From the IMG/VR virus record IMGVR_UViG_3300048997_000353, positions 32,001 to 96,000 of that record: a stretch of DNA of 64,000 nt; one strand, given 5' to 3'. The notes under the pieces are model-generated. The model was given only the letters and a program-made list of their open reading frames with translations, was not told where the DNA came from and ran no database searches. Positions 19,115 through 27,561 of the stretch are shown here, in pieces; positions within the stretch are counted from its first letter, which is position 1, and the number at the start of each line of letters is the position of its first letter. The position numbers and the translations under genes were made by a program. The stretch comes from a virus.

Positions 19115-19789
19115 TTAGACGCCGAGGGCGTCTGCGAATTCCGGGGGAACTTTGCTCGAATCGATCGGAGCACCGCCGGGACGCGGAACCATCGTGGGAC
19201 CCTTGGGCCCATCGGGCAACGCGCCGTGAACGGACGTGGGAACCAGTTTGTCGCCAAGCTGCTCGGCAACCTGGGCCATGACCGCTTTTTTGAACATCTC
19301 CTTGAATTCGGGAGAGTCCTTGATTTCCTTGACGGCCGATGTGAGTGCTTCTCCCATGAGACCGCCCACCGTCGCCTTCACGTCGGCACTCTCCAGGAGT
19401 TTTGCCGCATTCGATTCAGCCGGAGCTGCTGCTGGATCGGCCGTTGCGCCTGCGCCGGCAGCCGCTGCCTTTGCAGCCTTGCCGTCACCGTCCATCGCGG
19501 TCTGGCAAGCGCCCATGTGTTCGCTGTGTGCCTTGTGAAGAGTGGCTGCCTCTTCGTGATGTGCTGCCAACGCTTTGTGCATCTCGTGGGCGGCGCCGAA
19601 GTAAGCCTTATCCACATGATCGTTTTCCAACGCCTCGTGCTTGGCCTTGGCCAGAGCCGCGTGATCGGTGTGGGCCTTCGCCATGGCTGTGTTGCACTTG
19701 TGCAACGCCATGTGATGTTCGGCGGATTTGCCGAAGTGCGTTCCCATCCCGCCCATCGCTTTCACGATGGCTTCAACTGTCTTGTCCAT
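19115..19789 (-). CDS. Scaffold-position protein with a His/Met-rich helical region
   Basis: GGAGG SD before ATG 19789; lies between protease and capsid. Confidence 0.6.
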   Translation of the reverse strand: MDKTVEAIVKAMGGMGTHFGKSAEHHMALHKCNTAMAKAHTDHAALAKAKHEALENDHVDKAYFGAAHEMHKALAAHHEEAATLHKAHSEHMGACQTAMDGDGKAAKAAAAGAGATADPAAAPAESNAAKLLESADVKATVGGLMGEALTSAVKEIKDSPEFKEMFKKAVMAQVAEQLGDKLVPTSVHGALPDGPKGPTMVPRPGGAPIDSSKVPPEFADALGV

Positions 19790-19843
19790 GCCGTTCCTCC
19801 TGAGATACAGATGCCGCTTGACCGGAGCGGCTGATTCCAAAAA

Positions 19844-21334
19844 TTAGGCCGTGACGTGAATCCGTTCCTTGATATCTTCCTTGAGCTCCTGACTTTCCTC
19901 CTGGACCATTTCGACCAGGATGTCGACCAGGTCATTCACGTTTTCCTGTAGATGCGCTGGCAGCGGGGAATCGGTGTCCTCTTCCCATTCCTGTTCGGAC
20001 ACGACGCTGAACAGGATATAACTCAGGCCTTGCACATATTCCGCCAGGCGGGAGACTTCGTACATTCCCTTGGCCAGTTTTCCCAGATCGGAATCGAGAA
20101 ATGAAAGTGTGTGGCCGACGTCGCCTTTTTTTCGCGACAGCTTGTTGACGCTGATCCGCGCCTGCTTCCGCAGGTAGGAGTGGATGGAGGCTAGTTTTGC
20201 CTTATCCAAGGCCACATCGATTCCCTGTTGCTTCGCGGCGGCGACGACCCGCGCATACGTTTTATCTTTTTCGCCTGCCGGAATGGCCTTGGTTTGATTG
20301 AAGCGCGCCAGGGCTTTGCGGACATGCGATTTGGTTTTGCTGTCGCTCGAAAATTTAATGGGCAATTCCCAGGTCGCCGGATCGTTCTTGTTGCCGACGT
20401 AGGCGAACGCCGAGGAAGCGAGATCTTCGCTGGCCACCCGTTTCGTTTTCACCTTGGCGATATTGGGATCGGCGGCTTTCAGCAGGGCAACTTCCCTCTC
20501 GACTGCGGCGCGGACGAGTTTTTCAATCCGGCCCTCGTCTCTGAATGTTGGTTCCACTTTGGAGAACTTGCGCAATTCCAGAGCGCCATCGGATTTCACG
20601 TAGGCAAAGTGGGCTGAGGCCAAACAGGGATTATCGACGAGCGAACATTCGCTGGGATTGGCGACGTACCGCATGCAGTTCTTATAAACCGGATCTGGGA
20701 CCATCTCGCCCACCTTGCGGCCGCCCTGCGAAAATCCGGTGTACACATTCTTCTGCACTTTTTTCCAGGCATCGTCGTCGACCACTTCGAAACCCATAAA
20801 AATTTCGCGGTCATTATCGCGGAAATCGAATCCGATGCCCTTGCCCACAGCGTCGAGCTGGTGCATGGCACGAAGAGGAAAACAATTATCGCCGCCCGCC
20901 GGGTTGGCTTGGCTCGCTTTCTTCATTTCGGCAATGACAGCTTCGTAGTAGGGCTTGGAGCCAGCATAATCGCAGACTTCATCGTCTTTGTCCGGGACCT
21001 CGGCCGTGACGATGCCCCATACCTGTCGCTTGGCCTCGTCGATTTTGACGAAGGGAATGAATTTTCGAAATTCACTTGGCATCGCTTTCTCCTTTTTTGC
21101 TGGCTCGTACTCGTTGCAGCAATCGCCGGCCGCCACGGGAATCAGACCTGTATCATCAACGAAAACTTGCAAGTCTGGATCAGTAATCACATCAAGGTTT
21201 GAACAATGTGCCTTCTCCATAAACCTGCAATGACTACACCGGAACGGTCCATTCTTGGCTCGGGCAAACCCGGTTGCGGCAGTTCCAATCGCCTTCTGCA
21301 ACTGTTCCACCTCATCACACACACAAAAGCCCAC
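19844..21334 (-). CDS. Prohead maturation protease (XkdF-like) with accessory domains
   Basis: KIDEAKRQVWG, LRAMH, YTGFSQGG, ECSLVDNP motifs. Alternative start at ATG 21082 with a strong SD. Confidence 0.8.
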   Translation of the reverse strand: MGFCVCDEVEQLQKAIGTAATGFARAKNGPFRCSHCRFMEKAHCSNLDVITDPDLQVFVDDTGLIPVAAGDCCNEYEPAKKEKAMPSEFRKFIPFVKIDEAKRQVWGIVTAEVPDKDDEVCDYAGSKPYYEAVIAEMKKASQANPAGGDNCFPLRAMHQLDAVGKGIGFDFRDNDREIFMGFEVVDDDAWKKVQKNVYTGFSQGGRKVGEMVPDPVYKNCMRYVANPSECSLVDNPCLASAHFAYVKSDGALELRKFSKVEPTFRDEGRIEKLVRAAVEREVALLKAADPNIAKVKTKRVASEDLASSAFAYVGNKNDPATWELPIKFSSDSKTKSHVRKALARFNQTKAIPAGEKDKTYARVVAAAKQQGIDVALDKAKLASIHSYLRKQARISVNKLSRKKGDVGHTLSFLDSDLGKLAKGMYEVSRLAEYVQGLSYILFSVVSEQEWEEDTDSPLPAHLQENVNDLVDILVEMVQEESQELKEDIKERIHVTA

Positions 21335-21412
21335 CGGCGATTAACCACTGGCCGGTGGGCTATTTCAAGGCTCGTAATCGTGAGCAAAAGTACCTTGTTT
21401 CATTCTCATGCG

Positions 21413-23872
21413 TCAAGAAACTTCAGCCTCATCGCTAATGACTAGAGCACACAGGCAATTCACATGCGCTGGATAGGTGGGCACGGATGCGATCGAATAG
21501 GGCGAGCCCGCCTCGAGTTCGTCGCACTCATCATCCAGGTCGTGATTGGAACTCATTTGCCAATCCACGAATTTGACGATTCCTGATTTCCGCCAGGACT
21601 CTAAATTCCCGTTTACTTGCGCGCTCGAGATCTCCGTTCTGGCAATCATGGCGGCGCGCTGGTCGTTGAAGATTCCGGACTTGTCGATCCGCGCTTCGAT
21701 ATCCGCGAGCTTGGGCGTTTTTTCTTCCGCGAACAGTTCCGTCACGATGTCGTGGATTTTTGTTCTGGTGGTTTCACTGATGGCCCACTTCGCATCCGGA
21801 TTGGCAATGAGCTTGCCAGAATTGGTGACTTTCATTCCCACCATTTCGGCGGCGCGCGCCGAAGCCCATTCCTGCGCTGCTTCGTTCATTCCGGAAATCA
21901 TGTCCTCATCGGAAATGTCGAGCTGCAGGATCCCGTTGGACACGCCGGCAATGGCGGCGTCCTGAAAATATTCTTCCGTCTCTTCCGCAATTTTGCGCCA
22001 GTCATCCGCGATCGATCGCAAAATTGCTTTCACTGTATCGTCCGCGGCCGCTTTGTGCAGCGTGGGTTCCATCGTTGCGGCCATGTGTCTATCCGGAAGA
22101 CCGAGAGACTTGGCCAATTGCTTTTTGGTTTTCCGCTTCATGGTCGCAAAGTGATCCTTCACAACTTTTTCCACGGCGTTTTTGGCAATGATGGATTGTG
22201 GCGCCAATCGATCGGGCGTGATTTTGATGCGTGCGCTCTTGCCGAATTTGAGAGAACCGGCGGCTTTGCCTTTGCCTTCTTTGCCTTTACCCGGAGGCGT
22301 CTGCTGTGCGCCAGCGCCGCCCTTCCCAGGTTTCTCCCCTCCTTTGTCACCGCCGGTCTCTTCTTGACCAGGAAGTCCGATTTGTCTGCGCGCTGTACCG
22401 TTTACCGCAGTTGCTTGCTGGTGTCGCTGCAATTCCATCTTGGCCTGCGATTCCAGCGCGGCCTGGCCCAGCAAAACAAATCCAGTACCGGTAATGATGC
22501 CAAGTTGCGAGGCCTCCGGTTCGTTCCGATCGTCCTCACCCAGCCGTTCGCGGCCTTCGTTCGGCGTGATAATTCCGCCGCCCACCAAAATTTTAATCGT
22601 TTCCGCATTTTTTTGCGGATCAGGTTCGGTGAAGGGCTGGAACGCCATCTCATAATCCGGCAGATTGAATTTCTGCTGGATTATGTAATCGATCAAGCCT
22701 TTGATGAAATCGACCCAGGGCAGCGTGCCTTCTTCGACCGATGCTTCCTGCGATTGCTCGGCCGACGCGCGGTTCATCGCGCGGATCAGTCGTTGCGCCG
22801 ACGTGCCAAATCCGAAAGCAATCTTCCGGATATGCATGTCGTCGAATTCGTCCTTGAGCAAGGGCTCTTTGGTGAAAATAATTTGGTCGGGTTTTTCAGC
22901 ATCATTGAAGCCTTGTACCATCCGCCACTGCCGGCGCGCGGCTAGATTGCCCGCCAGTTCCGAATTCATCCAGGTCATCGCTTCCGCGATTTTGTCGGGC
23001 GGCGTGCCCTTGGGCACAACCTGCACAACGCCTGGCGTCGAGCCTTCCGTGTAATAGGCCAAGGTAAAAGCCAGCCGCTGCGCGCCAATTTCAATTTCCG
23101 TTGCGAGCTGCTCGACAGGGGACATTCCGTAGAGTTGGGAAGAAATCGTATTCCGCGGAACGATGTTGCGCGGCTTGTAAATGAGTTGGTCGGTAGTCAG
23201 ATTGACAAGCGGAATGCCCCACCAGTTTTGCGCGTAAGCAGGTTGCGGCGGCATCGGCGTCCAGCCATTCACGTCGATGTACCGCACAATGGAATCGCCG
23301 CGAAGAACGGGCAACTCCACAATTTCTCCCTTGAAGGTTTTGCGAATCAAAATGGCGACGGCATCGAGCACCAGCAGATCGTCCATCAGTGGCCGAAGCC
23401 ATTCCTGCCAGTTGTGTTCCCGGTCCGGGCGTTCGAAGAATTTACTGAGCTTGACGATTTGCGCATCGCCCTCAGCGCGCTTCTTCGCTTCTTTCTTGGT
23501 TTCTCCCGGTTTGCGGCGTAGTTGAACTTCCCAGGGAATTTTCGCGACGGAATCTTTGACATTCTCGATACAGATCCTCGCGAGGGGATACATCGCGAGC
23601 GCCTTGAGCGCCGCCGCCGAATATTCAGCATCCGCGCGCGGCGTATACAGCAAGTTCTGGCCAGCCCAATATTGAAACCCGCGTGGCTCGGTTCCTTCCG
23701 GCGCAATGGGTTTGACAGGTTGAAGGGGAGAATACCAAGTGCCGGCATCGATACCACGGATGGTTTCATCGGGCGGTTGATAGAGCTGACGGCCGTATTG
23801 CTGGAGCGCCTGGACAACAGGGCCAAGGTTGCGGACAGTGATCCCGGAACCGGACCCTGGAGAATTAGCCAT
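21413..23872 (-). CDS. Portal protein fused to a MuF-like head morphogenesis domain
   Basis: Portal motifs (YGMSPVE, ITPNEGRERLG) followed by RAAMIARTE...PAHVNCLC. Confidence 0.88.
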   Translation of the reverse strand: MANSPGSGSGITVRNLGPVVQALQQYGRQLYQPPDETIRGIDAGTWYSPLQPVKPIAPEGTEPRGFQYWAGQNLLYTPRADAEYSAAALKALAMYPLARICIENVKDSVAKIPWEVQLRRKPGETKKEAKKRAEGDAQIVKLSKFFERPDREHNWQEWLRPLMDDLLVLDAVAILIRKTFKGEIVELPVLRGDSIVRYIDVNGWTPMPPQPAYAQNWWGIPLVNLTTDQLIYKPRNIVPRNTISSQLYGMSPVEQLATEIEIGAQRLAFTLAYYTEGSTPGVVQVVPKGTPPDKIAEAMTWMNSELAGNLAARRQWRMVQGFNDAEKPDQIIFTKEPLLKDEFDDMHIRKIAFGFGTSAQRLIRAMNRASAEQSQEASVEEGTLPWVDFIKGLIDYIIQQKFNLPDYEMAFQPFTEPDPQKNAETIKILVGGGIITPNEGRERLGEDDRNEPEASQLGIITGTGFVLLGQAALESQAKMELQRHQQATAVNGTARRQIGLPGQEETGGDKGGEKPGKGGAGAQQTPPGKGKEGKGKAAGSLKFGKSARIKITPDRLAPQSIIAKNAVEKVVKDHFATMKRKTKKQLAKSLGLPDRHMAATMEPTLHKAAADDTVKAILRSIADDWRKIAEETEEYFQDAAIAGVSNGILQLDISDEDMISGMNEAAQEWASARAAEMVGMKVTNSGKLIANPDAKWAISETTRTKIHDIVTELFAEEKTPKLADIEARIDKSGIFNDQRAAMIARTEISSAQVNGNLESWRKSGIVKFVDWQMSSNHDLDDECDELEAGSPYSIASVPTYPAHVNCLCALVISDEAEVS

Positions 23873-24215
23873 TTACTTTTGCCGCCCCCTGCATCGCGCC
23901 CAACTTCAAAAGCTGATCTTCGGTCTTTTCGAGTTCGGTGCGGGGCGTTGCCGCTTCGGCCATGCCCGGCTTCTTGTTCACGTCCACGACAGGTTCCTCA
24001 TAAAACTTCGCACCACAAACACGGCAGGTGTGCTGACACAAAATTTTTATAGTTGTGCCAGAAGAGGCTCTTGCCACACATCTTAAATTTCCTTTGGACG
24101 CGCCGCAGACCGGGCAGCGCGAGTCAGGCCGGATTCGCGCGATGTCACGTTGAGTAACAGGCTTAACTAACCACAAAAGTTGTAGCAGTGCAAGCCTGAT
24201 CCAGTAGAAAAGCAC
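23865..24215 (-). CDS. Hypothetical Zn-ribbon protein
   Basis: CPVC and CRVC pairs. Confidence 0.5.
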   Translation of the reverse strand: MLFYWIRLALLQLLWLVKPVTQRDIARIRPDSRCPVCGASKGNLRCVARASSGTTIKILCQHTCRVCGAKFYEEPVVDVNKKPGMAEAATPRTELEKTEDQLLKLGAMQGAAKVNG

Positions 24216-24279
24216 GGACGGATTCTACGCGAGAAAAAAAGCAAATACTAGCGTGGGTGTTTGAAGCTGTACCAGAAGG

Positions 24280-24366
24280 TCAGGTTGTGTGCTTTGCTTT
24301 TTCCAGCAGCAACCAGGAAACAACACTGGAAAGAGCCATGAAAATGAGCCCGTCGACGTAAGCCAT
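24280..24366 (-). CDS. 28-aa hydrophobic peptide, type I toxin-like
   Basis: GGAGG SD, then MAYVDGLIFMALSSVVSWLLLEKAKHTT*. Confidence 0.5.
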   Translation of the reverse strand: MAYVDGLIFMALSSVVSWLLLEKAKHTT

Positions 24367-24491
24367 GATTCCTCCAAACCTCTGGTGGACGACTGAAAGC
24401 AACGTTGCCGCCCACCAGATCAGATGCTCGTGGAGAGTGGCCGGACTCTCCGATACGAGAATTGTCCGCCGCTGTAGGAATTAGGGGAATC
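24367..24491 (-). ncRNA. Structured leader that sequesters the SD of the small peptide
   Basis: 5' GATTCCCC can pair with GGAGGAATC; internal helices CTGGTGG/CCACCAG and GGAGAGT/ACTCTCC. Confidence 0.5.
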
Positions 24492-24800
24492 AGGCAAAAG
24501 CCGTATTTTATTATCGCTTAAAAGTTGGAGCGCCCGCATCGACGATCACACCAGGTTGCGGAAGGGGCGCGTGGTTTTCGTGGTATGGGACAAGGCTTCC
24601 ATCGGCGAGTCTTACGAACTTCTGGTAGCCCTGGCAGGTCTTGAGAACGATTACGTGTGTTTGGTTCATGCGAACCTCCTTGCTGTGATTGTGATTACGA
24701 ATGCGGAGTTTTCTACGATTCGGCGCGCCTGTCCATACCATTAACGCCTGAGTTAGAGAAAATATGGTAGTTTTTCACAGCTTGTCCACAGATTTTATTT

Positions 24801-24875
24801 TGGAGCGCCTGGCGCGATTCGAACGCGCGACCCGCCTCTTTAGAGAAGGCTACTCTACCGCTGAGTTACAGGCGC
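24801..24875 (-). tRNA. tRNA with CUA anticodon (amber suppressor), Gly-like acceptor
   Basis: GCGCCTG TA ACTC AGCGGTA GAGT A GCCTT CTCTAAA GAGGC GGGTC GCGCG TTCGAAT CGCGC CAGGCGC T CCA. Confidence 0.9.
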
Positions 24876-24908
24876 CCGGTGCAAAAACCATGTCAAATCG
24901 CGTGCATA

Positions 24909-25388
24909 TTATTCCAACGATTCGACCAAGCTGGTGCCCGGTCCGCACTCAAGCGCAGTGAGCTGCCGCCCACTACCGGGCAGAGAATTGGTGCGGACGG
25001 TAGGATTTTCACCCACACTTTCAGCTTTAGAGGCCGACGTGCCTGACACCGCGTCCGCAGTGTATTTCCAAAGTCGGTAGTTCTTCAGCGCCGCGCGCTG
25101 TTCCCCCGTGATCGGAGCCGTGGCAATCGCCGTAAATCCAAAGTTATTATCCGGTTCGGTCCAGAGGTAGTGCGGGATGTAGTTGGCTTGCAGCTTCGCC
25201 ACGACGCGGCGCAAAGCGGCCACACCGGGCAGGCCGACGACGATGATATTGGGAACGAGATCTTCGTTGGGGTGCTGGATGGCGGCGAGATGGAAAACTG
25301 CATGATTGGCTTGAACGATTTGGTGAGCGACAGGAATGTCCTGTCTAACGAAAACGTACACTGCATGGTCAGTGGGAATCTATGTCAT
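24909..25388 (-). CDS. PTH2-like peptidyl-tRNA hydrolase with an in-frame TAG at codon 3
   Basis: YVFVRQDI..AHQIVQANHA..WTEPD..TAIATAP is PTH2/PTRHD1-like. ATG ACA TAG at 25388-25380 is in frame with GTG 25361. Confidence 0.75.
24932..24981 (-). ncRNA. 50-nt mini tRNA-like element with acceptor stem and ACCA end
   Basis: GCCCGGT...ACCGGGC-A-CCA encloses the hairpin AGTGGGC-GGCA-GCTCACT and a short second hairpin. Confidence 0.6.
24989..25058 (-). tRNA. Atypical 70-nt CUA tRNA (small D-arm, tRNA-Pyl-like T-loop)
   Basis: GCGGACG CG GTGT CAG GCAC G TCGGC CTCTAAA GCTGA AAGT GTGGG TGAAAAT CCTAC CGTCCGC A CCA. Confidence 0.75.
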
Positions 25389-25395
25389 GGCGAGC

Positions 25396-25424
25396 ATTCT
25401 CTGCGTGAACGATGGTGAAGTCAA
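25396..25424 (-). promoter_or_regulatory. Sigma70-like promoter giving a leaderless transcript
   Basis: TTGACT-17 nt-GAGAAT-7 nt-ATG (25388). Confidence 0.55.
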
Positions 25425-25425
25425 C

Positions 25426-25458
25426 AAAAAAAAGGGCGAGCGTTTCTCGCGCCCGCCC
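25426..25458 (-). terminator. Intrinsic terminator
   Basis: GGGCGGGCG/CGCTCGCCC 9-bp stem followed by T8. Confidence 0.8.
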
Positions 25459-25483
25459 TAAACCAACACCCCATTTTCGAAAG

Positions 25484-25768
25484 TTATGCCGAGGCTCCCC
25501 TAGCCTTGGCTCGCAGTTCTTGCTCCGCGTGGATCGCTGGCTCCGCGTCCTGCAGTGGCCGAATAATCCAGAGCGTGCGCTGTCCGGCGGGAACGAAGCT
25601 CGCGATCGAATGGCCTTCCTTGCAGCCAACCGTGAAAGCCTGGCTGCCGTAGACAACTTCGAAATTGCCTTGTTCACCGTCCAGGATGTCGGCCAAGTTT
25701 GGATTGTTGCTGACGTAAATTCCTGTCCGTTGCTGCTGTTGTTGCAATGGGGTTTGTCGATCTAACAT
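25484..25768 (-). CDS. Hypothetical protein
   Basis: GAGGTG SD; ends just before the terminator. Confidence 0.55.
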   Translation of the reverse strand: MLDRQTPLQQQQQRTGIYVSNNPNLADILDGEQGNFEVVYGSQAFTVGCKEGHSIASFVPAGQRTLWIIRPLQDAEPAIHAEQELRAKARGASA

Positions 25769-25877
25769 TGGTGTTCACCTCTCAGTTTAGGCTGCGCAAC
25801 CCTCAAGGCTGCCTACGGGAAAGATGGCACAGTTCCATATGCAAGGGAATCGGGTGCCTGTTGAAACGCTGTGGAAA

Positions 25878-26240
25878 TCAGTGGAAAAGTTTTGCGGAAA
25901 GTTTAAGTGGCGGGAATAATTTTGGCGAGCGCAGTAGTTCGATGATTGGCTTGTCTGCCTCTAGCACGTGCCATGTATCAGGCACGACTCCGTAATTCTT
26001 CCATGCCTTTTCCACCATGATGTTCAAATCCCTGATCGTGATCGTGGCTACTTCAATCGGACTCTTTCCCCACTTCCCACCGGCAAAAGTATAAACACCT
26101 CCGGAATCCACCGAATAATTCCCAGGTTTTATTTCGCTCGGAAAACTGAAGATCCGAAACGGCCAGGAGCGCGCAGCGGCCGTAGCTGCCACGCCGCCTA
26201 CGATCATGCCCAAGAATCCGCGTCTTGAAAGATTACTCAT
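25878..26240 (-). CDS. Protein with a twin-arginine-like N-terminus
   Basis: MSNLSRRGFLGMIVGGVAATAAA. Confidence 0.55.
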   Translation of the reverse strand: MSNLSRRGFLGMIVGGVAATAAARSWPFRIFSFPSEIKPGNYSVDSGGVYTFAGGKWGKSPIEVATITIRDLNIMVEKAWKNYGVVPDTWHVLEADKPIIELLRSPKLFPPLKLSAKLFH

Positions 26241-26485
26241 AGAGTTTCTCCACGCGCCGCAAGCAGGCGACGATTTCAGGTTCAACTTGTTGCAGCTTGA
26301 GTGTGCCCATCACCACGCGTTCGATATGACGGTTGGCGACGCCCAGCTCCGTCCAACATCGCGCGCCATCGCCTCGCGTTTCGGCGCGCAACTGGATTGT
26401 GTTCCGTCGTTGAATGTAATCTTCAAGAATCATGAATTTTAATGGGACGGTTGGTCACCAGTTATTCCCCGGCAGGGGTGACTCC

Positions 26486-26533
26486 ACGGTACGCCTTCAC
26501 AAGCAGCGTTTCGTCTCACGACTCTTCAGCCGC
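26486..26533 (-). ncRNA. Hammerhead ribozyme (type I)
   Basis: GCGG CTGAAGA GTC-GTGA-GAC GAA ACGC...GCGT A CCGT: full catalytic core, three stems and a GUA cleavage triplet. Confidence 0.85.
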
Positions 26534-26609
26534 TAATAACGCCGGGCCAGATGTCAGCAAGACCGTCCCGTCGCTGACCCACGGATCGTACTGCAACATG
26601 CCTTAAATT

Positions 26610-26685
26610 TGGTGGACCTGACCGGCTATGATCCGGCTGCCTCCTGATTGCAAAACAGGCGCTCTCCCAATTGAGCTACAGGCCC
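26610..26685 (-). tRNA. tRNA-Ala(UGC)
   Basis: Cloverleaf with G3:U70, anticodon TGC and encoded CCA; non-canonical T-loop ATCATAG. Confidence 0.88.
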
Positions 26686-27561
26686 ACAAGAAATTCTACG
26701 CTACTTCCGGCAAATAGATGATCCATTGGTGGCCCTGACTGCACCGCGCCGTTTTGTTTCCGAGATCGACGGTGGTCGCGAGATCAAGTGCGTGGCAAGT
26801 TGGGCAAACAATTTGCTCGGCTGGAATATCCTTGCCGGCCACGGTCACATATTGAATTTCCCGGTCCATCGCTTCCTCCACTTTCTCGACTTCTTCCGGA
26901 TCACACAGAAATGCTGAGTCTCCAATGTAAATAATTTCACGGTCGGCATCAGCGGCGTCGAACGTGAAAACTCCGTAGCGATCTGCCACGACGATTTTCA
27001 TGTTTCGGTGAACACGATTCCCTTGTCTTGCTCGTACCTGCAACGAATTGTTTTGTCGTTGTGCACAAAAACGACTGACAGAATTGCGTATCGCCCGATT
27101 TTGGTTTCAAGTGGCGTTCCCTCTCCCCACACCGGGAGCGAACTCTTCACGAGCATATTGGCAGCCAGCTTGCAGCGGTCGAGATCATCGCCCGGCTCGC
27201 ACTCAAGACGTAAAATCATGTGATTTCTCTTTTCCACTGGACCGACGTTCCGGATTTTTCCGGCAATGGGCGGATGCCATTCGTTCCCGTAATAGGTGCC
27301 GTTGCACACGACTAGCTTGGTTCTCATGGCGACACATCCAGGTTGATTGCTCTTTTGGGAAGCGGCGGCACTTCTTTTCTGAACACGCGGTCCCAATATT
27401 TTTCTTCTGGGAATAACGGCCACCAGCCCCCTGGCGTTCTTTCCCCAACCACTTTCCAAACGATGCCGCACTCGCAGGTTATCGCATCGCCTTTTTCAAG
27501 GCGGGCATCATCGACTGGCATGAGCCGTATACAATCCGGGCATTGGATGTAGGTATTCATG

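Noticed and set aside
67-23521. Long + strand ORFs such as 17793-19064, 21617-22945 and 6016-6768
   Set aside because: Antisense shadows of well-supported - strand genes.
24367-24491. SAM-I riboswitch
   Set aside because: Superficial ATCGGAGAG similarity only; the conserved P2 kink-turn and P3/P4 elements are not recognisable.
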